Shown: positions 21,701-30,643 of the stretch, piece after piece | Layout of the letters: the number at the start of each line of letters is the position of its first letter | How positions within the stretch are numbered: the stretch's first letter is position 1 | Virus record (IMG/VR): IMGVR_UViG_3300036770_008715 | Location: 64,001 to 128,000 of that record | Source: a virus | Reading direction: 5' to 3' (one strand) | Length of the DNA stretch: 64,000 bases | Made by a program: the position numbers and the translations under genes | The notes under the pieces: model-generated | The model's database searches: none | The model's input: only the letters and a program-made list of their open reading frames with translations | What the model was told of the DNA's origin: nothing

Positions 21701-22792
21701 TTCTCCGACAACTGCATATAATTCATTACTAACCACTATTAAATGGCAATCGGGTTTAATTGTAACTCCTGTCTGAATAGTTGATACTACAATTGTACCA
21801 GCAGCAAGAGTATCAGCTGAAGTGATCTCCCAGATTTTGAGATCATATCCGCTGGATGGATTATTATAGATGACTGGAATATAAAGTTTGTCTGCTATTA
21901 ATTCTCCGCAGGAAGCTCTGAATGGATACTCAGCAATGTTAGTGTTGTTGACATAAATTGGATCTGCTAAGTCATAAGTTCCTAGGCTGACTTCGGCAGT
22001 AAATGTTCTTGTCGATAGCACATATGTTCTACTATAGACTTTCCATTGAGTAGAATCTGCTGCAATATAAAACGCATGGTATCTATTGGAAGAACCTTTA
22101 TGCATCCCGCCTATGATATGATTCTGCACTGTATTAGCTGGTAGAATTACATCTAGGTGTGAAGAGTGCGCACCACCAACGCTTGGCTGGTGAATTCGAG
22201 CCAGAACCGATTGATATTCTGTCATACCAGAAGTAGTTTCTGTGTAGATCAAATATCCATAATGCGGATCGGCATCACTAATAAACTTTCCGTCTGTAAA
22301 TGTAATTCTTCCATTTGAAAAATCATTTTCATATGCATCTGGATTATGTTGGTGGTATTGGAAATAACTCCAGTCTTCACCTTCGTTTTGCAGCAATCTG
22401 TCCCAGTAAAATGGCGTATCGTCTTGGGCACTTCTAATAGTTCCAAGATGCGCAAAGAACATTGCGTCTTCTTCGGTAAGGCCAGTCACTTCGTTGATAT
22501 TTGGGCCAATGTGAGAAACTGAAGAGTTGTGATATTCTCTTACCACTCCATCCCAAGTTTCAGTTATAATCTCAAAAGAACCGTTCATTGGCAACGATTC
22601 TAATCCTGGAGTTATTGGCAGCTGCTCATTGAATCGATATGGTATTACTTCGTCGTCGTCTTTATCAGTGTAACTTCCTGGTAATGCTTTAATCCAGTAA
22701 CCAGCACTCATTCCTGGAATAGCAGGATGGCTTAATACTTGGCTGGCCAAATTTACTGATTGGATTACTGTCGAAGTATTAACTGTTGCCAT
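18725..22792 (-). CDS. Large beta-propeller (SBBP-like) virion-associated protein
   Basis: Repeats such as VAVDSNGLVVTVG, VTIDSTDSIYVGG, VTVDSSNNVYAAG, KFDSIGTQQW. Confidence 0.7.
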   Translation of the reverse strand: MATVNTSTVIQSVNLASQVLSHPAIPGMSAGYWIKALPGSYTDKDDDEVIPYRFNEQLPITPGLESLPMNGSFEIITETWDGVVREYHNSSVSHIGPNINEVTGLTEEDAMFFAHLGTIRSAQDDTPFYWDRLLQNEGEDWSYFQYHQHNPDAYENDFSNGRITFTDGKFISDADPHYGYLIYTETTSGMTEYQSVLARIHQPSVGGAHSSHLDVILPANTVQNHIIGGMHKGSSNRYHAFYIAADSTQWKVYSRTYVLSTRTFTAEVSLGTYDLADPIYVNNTNIAEYPFRASCGELIADKLYIPVIYNNPSSGYDLKIWEITSADTLAAGTIVVSTIQTGVTIKPDCHLIVVSNELYAVVGESDGVSLYRFDGAEWIDEGQIVTNGSGSNPLRVHGISYRASERRFYTILSGDKDVTGTYQGQGVYGFQINFTRQIYPHFDFDVANNAFILRPAGTIGYVQYELESQTWRRINEEEPDPIPTGNAVFQYDLASPQFYKKKSTAGVGGGEYFYDVLALNDGRMVFCGKIEENEGNLGFDDFMVTIYNGDEEQGGGDYYCAGGPGQDYFTGMQLRANTNLIYLTGYTKSQLIDLKETRVHPFVRTTYYNDANTIYRGVAVDSNGLVVTVGSSADDKLVLTKFTANLEIDWTKTLENSSIDSGFAVTIDSTDSIYVGGSTTEGSGKAGLYAKFLSNGQPVWTRTIDTSGDQQIESIKASGEYLYLGLKETNNSYIVKLETNGVQVWQKKVPDFQLKQVTVDSSNNVYAAGNNKVFKLTSSGSLVWARESSTINYNSLAVDAGGNVIAVGANTTPNATIIKFDSIGTQQWVQSVNIDSQFTGVTVDNENYIYAVGYENQISRIEHHMMSEVKNRGFIFGFDQSGTSLWKNWLKYFNPSMDVYDTNFLGCTMDHLNDNIYVCGTNFAQDPFFQENGLLTRFWRKGFGTGVCHLDLDITFNFLYDTYPQESFAGTASPVGIAPSITNSTLAITTPSHTVGSIETIQQSIFDGSSGLWNFVLAVFDLDKAQQHMNDPEHAEHRDYLPMYDSEAFTKFYVVGTVGDSIADDGNIFGYDLVQYSDNVFYFICQTSGDVGKKNTGGSGVYDGLIIRFDESKPAGREFEFYQTGTNLDEEYYAITKLEDGNVAVCGRTTSNIGGTQYGVYDILVSILDTTSNTFKHNQIGGDGDDKAVNLHDIGGGQIALVYQTTDNLTPIITTSAGADDIGVVIYNYRSNTFNVAYQTGTVSSEILDTNGRVSTFLPESNTVVIVGSTAGVVSGVGTSVGGSDLLVAICDLNTGNFARYQTGTTGGDIGSCCALDGDNILIGGYTDASWTSPEDGFYIHFDAGKTLKATRTVD

Positions 22793-23453
22793 TGAAATCT
22801 AACCAAGTATGGGTTGGTTCTAAAGCTCGCCAAGCTGATAATGGCTTAACATTGAATTCAGGAAACGCTTCTTGCGCTACAATATGTATTACATTTGTTG
22901 CTATTCGTTCGCAGTTTCTTAAAAAAGGATCTAATTCATTATCAGCATAGGAGGTTAATACATCTTCAGTTATGATATAATCGAATCGATTTATTTTCGT
23001 TTTTCTTTGAACGTCATTCATAAACCTCGGCGAACCAAGATCAATATCATGCACTGCGATAGTAGATTCAAGACGTTTTTGTTGCTGAATATATCTTGAG
23101 TTATCAAATCCCCAAGCATTCATTTCTAGTTTGTTTAATTCTTCGACAAGGAATCCAAATGCGCAACCAGCAACTAGAATAGTTGAACCTTCTGGTAAAT
23201 TTAATCCGTTAACTATATTGGCAGCTCTTGTAGTAAACAGTGGATAATCCTCGAAGAATAATCGAGAATATGTCATATTATATCTGTCGTCTACTTGGGC
23301 TCGACTTGGCTCTGGTCTGGTTGGTGGATTCTGGCATTTGCAATAGAGCATTTCAGCTTTGGGGCAACGAGTCCACCCACTAGGATAAATGGGATCATAC
23401 CTATGTTTTTTATAGGACCGCTTAAATCCCAACTCGTCCCAGTCGTATGCCAT
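22779..23453 (-). CDS. Class I SAM-dependent methyltransferase-like protein
   Basis: Motif I ILVAGCAFGF, acidic GFDNS after beta2, FDYIITEDVL motif. Confidence 0.7.
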   Translation of the reverse strand: MAYDWDELGFKRSYKKHRYDPIYPSGWTRCPKAEMLYCKCQNPPTRPEPSRAQVDDRYNMTYSRLFFEDYPLFTTRAANIVNGLNLPEGSTILVAGCAFGFLVEELNKLEMNAWGFDNSRYIQQQKRLESTIAVHDIDLGSPRFMNDVQRKTKINRFDYIITEDVLTSYADNELDPFLRNCERIATNVIHIVAQEAFPEFNVKPLSAWRALEPTHTWLDFNGNS

Positions 23454-23455
23454 GA

Positions 23456-23824
23456 TTATTGACCTGAGATTACTATGCCAGGTCTAAACAAAAGAGTTGT
23501 TGAATTTAGGGCAAATCCAACATATAAAGCTCTAACTGTTGAGGATGGAGTTGGCGCTGAGGCAGTTAATGACCCATCAGCTCCAAGAAAATATGCCGAT
23601 GATGCAGTTAATCCAGTAAATCCAGCAACAACACCTTGGGCATAATAGACATTATTTTGTTTGAGAAGAATAGAATTTAATTGGGCCACTGAGTTATTAT
23701 ATGAGGCATCAACAACAGTATTACTTGTTGTAACTCGAACAATTCTACCATTAGTACCACCAGATAATCCTGGTACTGTAATTGCACTTGCTGTAACTAA
23801 TGCAGTTGATTTGACGAATGCCAT
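23456..23824 (-). CDS. Hypothetical small structural protein
   Basis: 122 aa; GLTASSAYFLGADGSLT...YVGFAL motif seen in fibre/decoration domains. Confidence 0.55.
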   Translation of the reverse strand: MAFVKSTALVTASAITVPGLSGGTNGRIVRVTTSNTVVDASYNNSVAQLNSILLKQNNVYYAQGVVAGFTGLTASSAYFLGADGSLTASAPTPSSTVRALYVGFALNSTTLLFRPGIVISGQ

Positions 23825-24781
23825 TTAAATTCCTACCCTTGTTACTGTTATGTATGAATCAGAAGATATTGCGCCTGCCGATCCAGATTCTGCTGCTTCT
23901 ACTCTTAGATAATCGTTAGTATTTAACTTAATAATTTCATCATATGAAATGAAATCATTTGGGCTAAGAGTTATAGACTCTAGAGTCGAAGAATTATTCT
24001 TTCTAAGATTAATTGTATACGAATCAGTAGAACCGCCAGATTCAGTTGCAACATACAGCTGGACTCGATAATATCCTGTTGTATATATTGAGACATTTGT
24101 CGATTGCTCAGAAGTCCAATATACGTTTCCTGAAACATCAGCATTAACATTAAACTCAGTATTATCCCATTGTATTGCAGTATTAACATTGGTTAAATTT
24201 TCAACTGAGTTTAATTTGGTCTTGACACCGCTGAATAGGTTATATGTATTAAACGTTGTTGTCGATGCTGCAGATCCAAATAGTGTAAACTCACAGATTG
24301 TATCTGTAGTTATAACGCCAGAAGCAGTCGACTCAGAAACAAATATTTCAACATAATCACCCAACCCAAAAAAGACAATTTCATCATAGACTGTAGCTTG
24401 GTTGGGGCCTGAGTTTGTGGTTGATATTACTGTCGTTCCATTCTTTTTAATTTCAATAGTATAGCTGTTACCAGAACCAGTCGATCCAGTAAAAAGATTT
24501 AGATGCACATTATAAAAGCCAGCATCTTTGGCTGTAAATCTAGTTGGGTTTAATGTAGAAAATAATTCGCCTTGATTATATTCAATTGAGCTCCAGCTAA
24601 TAGCAGATGGAGTTGCGGCCAAATTAAGATTAGAAAGCAATTCAACTTTAGCTCCATTAAAGATTCTAAAGCTAGAACCTAGATAAGGCTCCCAGCCGAA
24701 GCCATTATATTTCCAGACCGTTCCGTTCTGATCAGAATATTGTTGGCCAATAGTTGGAGAAGCAGGAAATGACAGTGGCAT
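23825..24781 (-). CDS. Fibre protein with FPxSP anchor domain and two tandem C1q/TNF-like domains
   Basis: RFTAKDAGFYNV...GDYVEIFV and IYTTGYYRV...NDYLRVEA; clear internal duplication. Confidence 0.7.
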   Translation of the reverse strand: MPLSFPASPTIGQQYSDQNGTVWKYNGFGWEPYLGSSFRIFNGAKVELLSNLNLAATPSAISWSSIEYNQGELFSTLNPTRFTAKDAGFYNVHLNLFTGSTGSGNSYTIEIKKNGTTVISTTNSGPNQATVYDEIVFFGLGDYVEIFVSESTASGVITTDTICEFTLFGSAASTTTFNTYNLFSGVKTKLNSVENLTNVNTAIQWDNTEFNVNADVSGNVYWTSEQSTNVSIYTTGYYRVQLYVATESGGSTDSYTINLRKNNSSTLESITLSPNDFISYDEIIKLNTNDYLRVEAAESGSAGAISSDSYITVTRVGI

Positions 24782-25647
24782 TATGCTCTCCTGAAATAGA
24801 AAGTTATTTTTAAACCAGTGGCATCTGTGGCACCATCGTCAATATCAATTGTAAATCTGTCGTCTTCAACTACAGTAGCATCAACAACTGTACTTTGAAC
24901 TGCAGCATTATAAGAGCTCCAGTCACCTGGATCGATTGTTATTTTATTGGCGCCAAGAATAGAAGTGCCGTTTTTATTTACATCGACAGTTACAGTGCCC
25001 GATGTTGCAACGTTTGTTAGTGTAACCTTTGGGACCTGAGTCAGAATAAAATCAAATGGTGGCCTAAGAGTTGCTACATCTGTTCTGGCTGTTAATGGAG
25101 TTGTTTCATCAGACAAAGGATAGATAAAGAACTCGGGATAAAAAACTTTTGCAGTATATGTATTATTCAGACTATCAACAATTGATATTGCTGAGTTAAC
25201 GTTAGACCAAGTAAATGATACAATGTTTGCGCCAGGATCGCCTTTGTTTACTGGGTCTGAGAATAGAACCCAGGAGTTTGAAACTCCGTCGCTATAATAG
25301 ATGTAGGACTTGGCTGTATTAGAATTAAACCAGACTTCACCGACTTTTGGCGAAGCTGGAACAGAATTGGCAATGGTGAACTTACCATTATCGCCTGCTG
25401 GGCCTTGAGGTCCAACCGTTGTTGTAAACGCATCAACCCACTGATTTGATGTTCCATCGCTATAATAGATTTTTAGAACACCTTCGTTGCTTGAATACCA
25501 AAGTGAATTGGCCGAAACGTTGGCTGGAACTATGTCAGAAACAATGATATTGGCAGATCCTGTTCCTCCGCCTCCAAACACACCAATGCCGCCTGTTCGG
25601 ATTTTTACCAATCCGACATCGGTTTCTGTCGAGACAGTTACCTTCAT
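24781..25647 (-). CDS. Fibre adaptor/hub protein
   Basis: Two copies of W[YF]xS...IYYSDGxSNxWV separated by GPQGPAGD. Confidence 0.6.
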   Translation of the reverse strand: MKVTVSTETDVGLVKIRTGGIGVFGGGGTGSANIIVSDIVPANVSANSLWYSSNEGVLKIYYSDGTSNQWVDAFTTTVGPQGPAGDNGKFTIANSVPASPKVGEVWFNSNTAKSYIYYSDGVSNSWVLFSDPVNKGDPGANIVSFTWSNVNSAISIVDSLNNTYTAKVFYPEFFIYPLSDETTPLTARTDVATLRPPFDFILTQVPKVTLTNVATSGTVTVDVNKNGTSILGANKITIDPGDWSSYNAAVQSTVVDATVVEDDRFTIDIDDGATDATGLKITFYFRRA

Positions 25648-25976
25648 TAGCGACTAACCTGTGGAGTAACTGTAATTATCCCTTCAATAATTCTAGTTGT
25701 GGTATTACCTGATGTCATCTTAAGATCGTAGAGATAACGGCCAGCCTTGATATTAGCTGTCTGTTCAGCTGGCAGCGATAAAGAAATTTTTGCATTAGCT
25801 TGGCTAACAACAGAAACTATAAGATTCGCAGTAGCTGAAGTGGAATAATAAGACTTTCTTATTTGAGATTGGAACGTTGCATCAGCTATATTTACTGGAG
25901 TGCCATCGTCATTTGCAAGATCCAGTGATGCTAGAAACGTTGCGCCTTGGTCTAAAGTTAGCTCTGCATAAGCCAT
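25647..25976 (-). CDS. Conserved small virion structural protein (BppU/LtfC-like adaptor)
   Basis: LTLDQGATF...QIRKSY...GRYLYD...RIIEGIITVTPQVSR, conserved in T4-like phages. Confidence 0.75.
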   Translation of the reverse strand: MAYAELTLDQGATFLASLDLANDDGTPVNIADATFQSQIRKSYYSTSATANLIVSVVSQANAKISLSLPAEQTANIKAGRYLYDLKMTSGNTTTRIIEGIITVTPQVSR

Positions 25977-26008
25977 TCTGCTTCTCTGGGATGATTATAA
26001 GATATTTC

Positions 26009-26016
26009 TATTTATA
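26009..26016 (-). promoter_or_regulatory. T4 late promoter TATAAATA
   Basis: Exact consensus in the intergenic gap upstream of ATG 25976. Confidence 0.8.
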
Positions 26017-26610
26017 TCACCTGAACTTTGGGCCTGCAATCCAAACAACCAAAGACCGTCTTGTTCCTGCTGTCACTGGGGTTACCCTGTGCATTAAATA
26101 GCTAGGAAACGCATATACTAGTCCACGTTCTTTTTTGGCCACAGTAGATTCATTACTCGTAAAGAACTCTAAATCTCCACCATCATATTCTTCAGGGTCG
26201 GATAATTGCAATATAAGCGATAACTTTCTTGGGGATGTATTTTTAATACCCATATCCATATGCCAAGTGTAATGATCATTAGATCCAGAAGAATATACAG
26301 TATATTGCAAATCTTCAACAAACCCAAAAAGATCAAAATCAAAAAACTGTCCATTCAATTGATTGGCAATATAGGATAAACGATCATACACATATGAAGT
26401 TTCATTTGTGCATGGAATCCAAGAAATTGTAGATTTTCGTAAAGCTGGATCTTCAACTCCATTATCGGTATATGCATCAAACTTATCGAAAGTTTCGCAT
26501 ACTGTTATGATTCTATTGAGCTCGAATTCTGAGAATCCACCTTCCCAATAAGCAAATCCATTTTGCAACCCTAAAACGTCAGGCGAAGGAACCATTTTAT
26601 ATACTGACAT
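26017..26610 (-). CDS. 2OG-Fe(II) oxygenase (prolyl-hydroxylase/PKHD-type)
   Basis: HYTWHMD (HxD), RKLSLILQLS..YDGGDL, FPSYLMHRVTPV..GTRRSLVVW; start placed at 26610 (TAATG coupling). Confidence 0.9.
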   Translation of the reverse strand: MSVYKMVPSPDVLGLQNGFAYWEGGFSEFELNRIITVCETFDKFDAYTDNGVEDPALRKSTISWIPCTNETSYVYDRLSYIANQLNGQFFDFDLFGFVEDLQYTVYSSGSNDHYTWHMDMGIKNTSPRKLSLILQLSDPEEYDGGDLEFFTSNESTVAKKERGLVYAFPSYLMHRVTPVTAGTRRSLVVWIAGPKFR

Positions 26611-27326
26611 TATTTTCTCTCCCATATTGTATCTCGATAATGAGATTCGTGTGATTGTAATTTTCTGCGAGTTTTTGATAAAACTTCGTTGTCTTTATCG
26701 CTGAGTTTGTTACATTTATGTTTTTTAATTGCTACATCTCTTTTGTATGGAATAGCCTGGACTAGTGGTGTTCCTGCTCTTATGATCCCAGTGTAGTTTG
26801 GGATATTAAATAAAAATGGGAAATTGACATATTCAAAATACCCATCAACATCAACTAAACCAGACATACAAGTAAATCGATAATCAGGCCTATTTAATGG
26901 TGGAACAAATAAAACTGAGTATCCCTTTGGTACTCGTATCATCCAATGATTTATAAATTTCATTGGAGGTTTTGGAAGTTCTGGGTGCGGAACTTTATCT
27001 GATGAGATTTGAGTATATGAATGGTTCTCTATTAGATTTTTATAGAATGTCCATGTGTAGGTTACGCCACTAACATCATCATTACTTGTTATTTCAACAT
27101 CACCAGCTAATGGAATAATCCAACCTATTGACATAGCATCAAGAAAAGGTGGACATCTTTTTATTGTGCTATTCTTTAATTTTTGCTTACCATCAACTTT
27201 TGGTGGTAGAGCTTTGTACCATTCAGGTAAAAGTTTTCGAGAGGGATATGGTTCAGGAATTACACCATAATCTTCTTCTGCACACAAAAATTCAATCTCA
27301 GGCGTCTTGATAAAAGACTTAAACAT
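26610..27326 (-). CDS. DUF6065-like protein (dUTPase-like fold)
   Basis: LPEWYK...TIKRCPPFLDAMSIGWIIP...PKGYSVLFVPPLNR...GLVDVD...NFPF...GTPLVQAIP. Confidence 0.65.
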   Translation of the reverse strand: MFKSFIKTPEIEFLCAEEDYGVIPEPYPSRKLLPEWYKALPPKVDGKQKLKNSTIKRCPPFLDAMSIGWIIPLAGDVEITSNDDVSGVTYTWTFYKNLIENHSYTQISSDKVPHPELPKPPMKFINHWMIRVPKGYSVLFVPPLNRPDYRFTCMSGLVDVDGYFEYVNFPFLFNIPNYTGIIRAGTPLVQAIPYKRDVAIKKHKCNKLSDKDNEVLSKTRRKLQSHESHYRDTIWERK

Positions 27327-27336
27327 AATGCCTCCA

Positions 27337-30288
27337 TTATTGACTTGCCCAACTCACCGTCACAGATCCTCCGCTAGCACCAGTACCAACAGTAATAGCT
27401 AAAAGTGCCCCAACGCTTATAGTCTTATTTATAGTTCTAATTCCATTACCTGGAGCCCCAAAGTCACCAACTCCTCCAGCACCACCAACTGTTGCGCCAG
27501 TTCCATTTGCACCAGCAGTACCAGCAGTGCCAGCAGCACCAGCATTACCAGCTTGACTCGGCCAACTAGTTGGTGCCGCTCCACCTGGGTTTCCTGGTGT
27601 GGCACCAGTACCAGCTGCGCCATTTGTACCAGCAGTACCTGCAGTACCTGCTACTCCAGCTTGACTTGGCCAAGTTGTTGGAGCAGCACCACCTGAGTTT
27701 CCTGGTGTGGCACCAGTACCAGCTGCGCCATTCGTACCAGCAGTACCTGCAGTACCTGCTACTCCAGCTTTACCAGTCCAGTTTGTTGGTGCTGCTCCTC
27801 CTGGATTACCAGAAGTTGCACCAGTACCAGCTGCTCCGTTTGTGCCAGCAGTACCTGCAGTACCAGCAACTCCAGCTTTACCAGTCCAGTTTGTTGGTGC
27901 TGCTCCTCCTGGATTACCAGAAGTTGCTCCAGTACCAGCTGCGCCATTCGTACCAGCAGTACCTGCAGTACCTGCTACTCCAGCTTTACCAGTCCAGTTT
28001 GTTGGTGCTGCGCCCCCAGAAGTTGCTCCAGTACCAGCAGCACCTGTTGTTCCAGCATTTCCTGGACCTCCTGCTCCGCCAGAACCCCCTGGGTTGGCTG
28101 AACCAGGACCAACTGCACCAGTGCCAGCTCCACCAGCAGATCCAACATTTGATCCACCAGTACCAGCAGTTCCAGCTACTCCGCCACTTCCAGAGAAATA
28201 AGATGTTGTGGGTGTAGGAAAACCTGTGACAGATATACCATAACCACCGCCTGCGCCGCCACCACCTCCACCGCCACTACCAACTCCCCCTGAGGTTCCA
28301 ACTCCTCCTGGATTTCCAGCAGTTCCAGCGTTCCCGCCAGGTCCAAAGGCACCGTTGGTTCCTGCTGTTCCTGGGTTACCAGCAGCACCTTTAGTTCCTG
28401 GATTTCCAGCAGCACCAGCAGTTCCAGCATTACCTCCTGGACCAAACGCCCCATTGGTTCCTGCTGTTCCTGGGTTACCAGCAGCACCTTGAGTTCCTGG
28501 ATTTCCAGCAGCACCAGCAGTTCCAGCGTTCCCGCCAGGTCCAAAGGCACCGTTGGTTCCTGCTGTTCCTGGGTTACCAGCAGCACCTTGAGTTCCTGGG
28601 TTTCCTGCTGCACCAGCAGTTCCAGCAGTTCCACCAGGTCCAAATGCTCCATTGGTTCCAGGATTACCAGCGTTTCCTGCGCCACCTTGCGTTCCTGGGT
28701 TTCCTGCTGCACCAGCATTACCTGCTGTACCTCCTGGACCGAAAGCACCACCTTCCCCATTATTTCCTGGATTTCCTGGGTTTCCAGCAGTACCTGGGTT
28801 GCCAGCATTACCAGCATTACCAGCAGCGCCGCCTGCACCGCCAAAAAAAGTTATACTAGTTAATGTTGTTCCTGTAGATTGAACTACTGATGATGGATTT
28901 CCTGGGATACCAGCCGTTCCTGCACCCCCAACACTTCCATCTTTACCGCTCCAAGAAGTAGGAGCTGCTCCTCCTGAGGTAGCGCCAGTACCAGCAGTAC
29001 CAGGGCTACCACTAGCTCCTACGCTACCAGCAGAACCAGCAGATCCAGATTGACTTGGCCAAGTTGTTGGAGCAGCACCACCTGGGTTACCAGAAGTTGC
29101 TCCAGTACCAGCTGCGCCATTTGTACCAGCGGAACCAGCAGTACCTGCTACTCCAGCTTTGCTTGGCCAAGTTGTTGGAGCAGCACCACCTGGGTTACCA
29201 GAAGTTGCTCCAGTACCAGCTGCGCCATTTGTACCAGCAGTACCTGCAGTACCAGCAACTCCAGCTTTACCAGTCCAGTTTGTTGGTGCTGCTCCACCTG
29301 GGTTACCCGAAGTTGCTCCAGTACCAGCAGTTCCATTTGTTCCTGCAGAACCTGCCGATCCTGCTGCACCAGCTTTGCTTGGCCAATTAGTTGGTGCTGC
29401 TCCTCCTGGATTACCAGAAGTTGCTCCAGTACCAGCTGCTCCGTTTGTACCAGCGGAACCAGCAGTACCTGCACCCCCTGGGCTGCCTGCTGTACCAGTA
29501 CCACCGCCTCCTCCTCCGCCGCCTTCACCACCGCCACCGCCAGACCATGGCCCCCCATTACCAACGCTACCACCAGGTCCACCATTTCCACCACGGCCAC
29601 CACCTGGAGTTCCTGCATTTCCTGCTGTGGATCCACCAGCACCGCCTGCACTAGTGTTCGAAGTTAGCCCTGATGCGCCAGCATTACCTGGATTTCCTGA
29701 CGGCGTGGCACCAGCGCCACCAGTGCCTCCGCCACCACCAGATCCTGCTCCTCCTACAAATCCATTACTTCCAGCTGAACCGCCATTCCCACCACTGCCG
29801 CCCGAGCCTCCAGCACCGCCAGCGCCGCCTGCACCGTTAGTTCCTGGGTTACCTGCAGCTCCTTGAGTTCCTGGATTTCCAGCAGCACCAGCAGTTCCAG
29901 CAGTTCCACCAGGTCCAAATGCTCCATTGGTTCCAGGATTACCAGCATTACCTGCAGCTCCTTGGTTTCCAGGGTTACCAGCAGCACCAGCAGCACCAGC
30001 AGTTCCACCAGGTCCAAATGCACCGTTGGTACCAGGATTGCCAGCATTACCTGCAGCTCCTTGAGTTCCAGGATTGCCAGCGTTGCCTGCAGACCCAGCA
30101 TTTCCACCAGGGCCGAAAACGCCATTAGTTCCTGGAGTTCCTGGGTTTCCAGTTCCTCCTCTTCCTCCAGTGCCAGAAATAGTAACTTTTCTAACACCAA
30201 AAGGCACTACCCATCCAGTGCTACTATTAAAAGTTTGAGACCCCGCTTTGACTCGCGTTCGAAGCAGAGTGGAGGAACCTAACGGCAT
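27337..30288 (-). CDS. Very long Gly-X-X repeat protein built on a glycine-rich adhesin scaffold
   Basis: QTFNSSTGWVVPFGVRKVTISGTGG start and ITVGTGASGGSVTVSW end; 33-aa (FGPGG) and 36-aa (GAAPTxW) repeat arrays. Confidence 0.85.
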   Translation of the reverse strand: MPLGSSTLLRTRVKAGSQTFNSSTGWVVPFGVRKVTISGTGGRGGTGNPGTPGTNGVFGPGGNAGSAGNAGNPGTQGAAGNAGNPGTNGAFGPGGTAGAAGAAGNPGNQGAAGNAGNPGTNGAFGPGGTAGTAGAAGNPGTQGAAGNPGTNGAGGAGGAGGSGGSGGNGGSAGSNGFVGGAGSGGGGGTGGAGATPSGNPGNAGASGLTSNTSAGGAGGSTAGNAGTPGGGRGGNGGPGGSVGNGGPWSGGGGGEGGGGGGGGTGTAGSPGGAGTAGSAGTNGAAGTGATSGNPGGAAPTNWPSKAGAAGSAGSAGTNGTAGTGATSGNPGGAAPTNWTGKAGVAGTAGTAGTNGAAGTGATSGNPGGAAPTTWPSKAGVAGTAGSAGTNGAAGTGATSGNPGGAAPTTWPSQSGSAGSAGSVGASGSPGTAGTGATSGGAAPTSWSGKDGSVGGAGTAGIPGNPSSVVQSTGTTLTSITFFGGAGGAAGNAGNAGNPGTAGNPGNPGNNGEGGAFGPGGTAGNAGAAGNPGTQGGAGNAGNPGTNGAFGPGGTAGTAGAAGNPGTQGAAGNPGTAGTNGAFGPGGNAGTAGAAGNPGTQGAAGNPGTAGTNGAFGPGGNAGTAGAAGNPGTKGAAGNPGTAGTNGAFGPGGNAGTAGNPGGVGTSGGVGSGGGGGGGAGGGYGISVTGFPTPTTSYFSGSGGVAGTAGTGGSNVGSAGGAGTGAVGPGSANPGGSGGAGGPGNAGTTGAAGTGATSGGAAPTNWTGKAGVAGTAGTAGTNGAAGTGATSGNPGGAAPTNWTGKAGVAGTAGTAGTNGAAGTGATSGNPGGAAPTNWTGKAGVAGTAGTAGTNGAAGTGATPGNSGGAAPTTWPSQAGVAGTAGTAGTNGAAGTGATPGNPGGAAPTSWPSQAGNAGAAGTAGTAGANGTGATVGGAGGVGDFGAPGNGIRTINKTISVGALLAITVGTGASGGSVTVSWASQ

Positions 30289-30306
30289 TTTTTACCCTAC
30301 TGGAAA

Positions 30307-30630
30307 TTATACCAGATGTTTATTGGCAATCAGAGATGAATTTCTAAGCTCATCAATACCAACTGCACATTCAATATCAACTTCAAAATCGTCATAGCAA
30401 TTTTTCCAGGTTACAATTGGGAAATTGGAAAATGTTTTTTGACCATCTTTCCAAGTCCAAGTACCAAGAGCATCGAAAACGCCAGAATGTTGGCTGTTAT
30501 CAAAATATGCTAGAATTGAAGCAGTGATTCCACTTGATTCTAGTAATTCTTTAGCTTGGTAACACTCATAGGCTTTATCAGTAAAGCCCATGTAGATGTG
30601 AACCTCTTTAATTTTGACTAAATTAGCCAT
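30307..30630 (-). CDS. Glutaredoxin-fold-like protein with degenerate active site
   Basis: VHIY...AYECYQAKELLESSGI, NFPIV (cis-Pro-like) and VGIDEL parallel the Grx CxxCxxAKxLL / TxPxI / GGxDEL motifs. Confidence 0.5.
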   Translation of the reverse strand: MANLVKIKEVHIYMGFTDKAYECYQAKELLESSGITASILAYFDNSQHSGVFDALGTWTWKDGQKTFSNFPIVTWKNCYDDFEVDIECAVGIDELRNSSLIANKHLV

Positions 30631-30643
30631 TTAATTAGACCCC

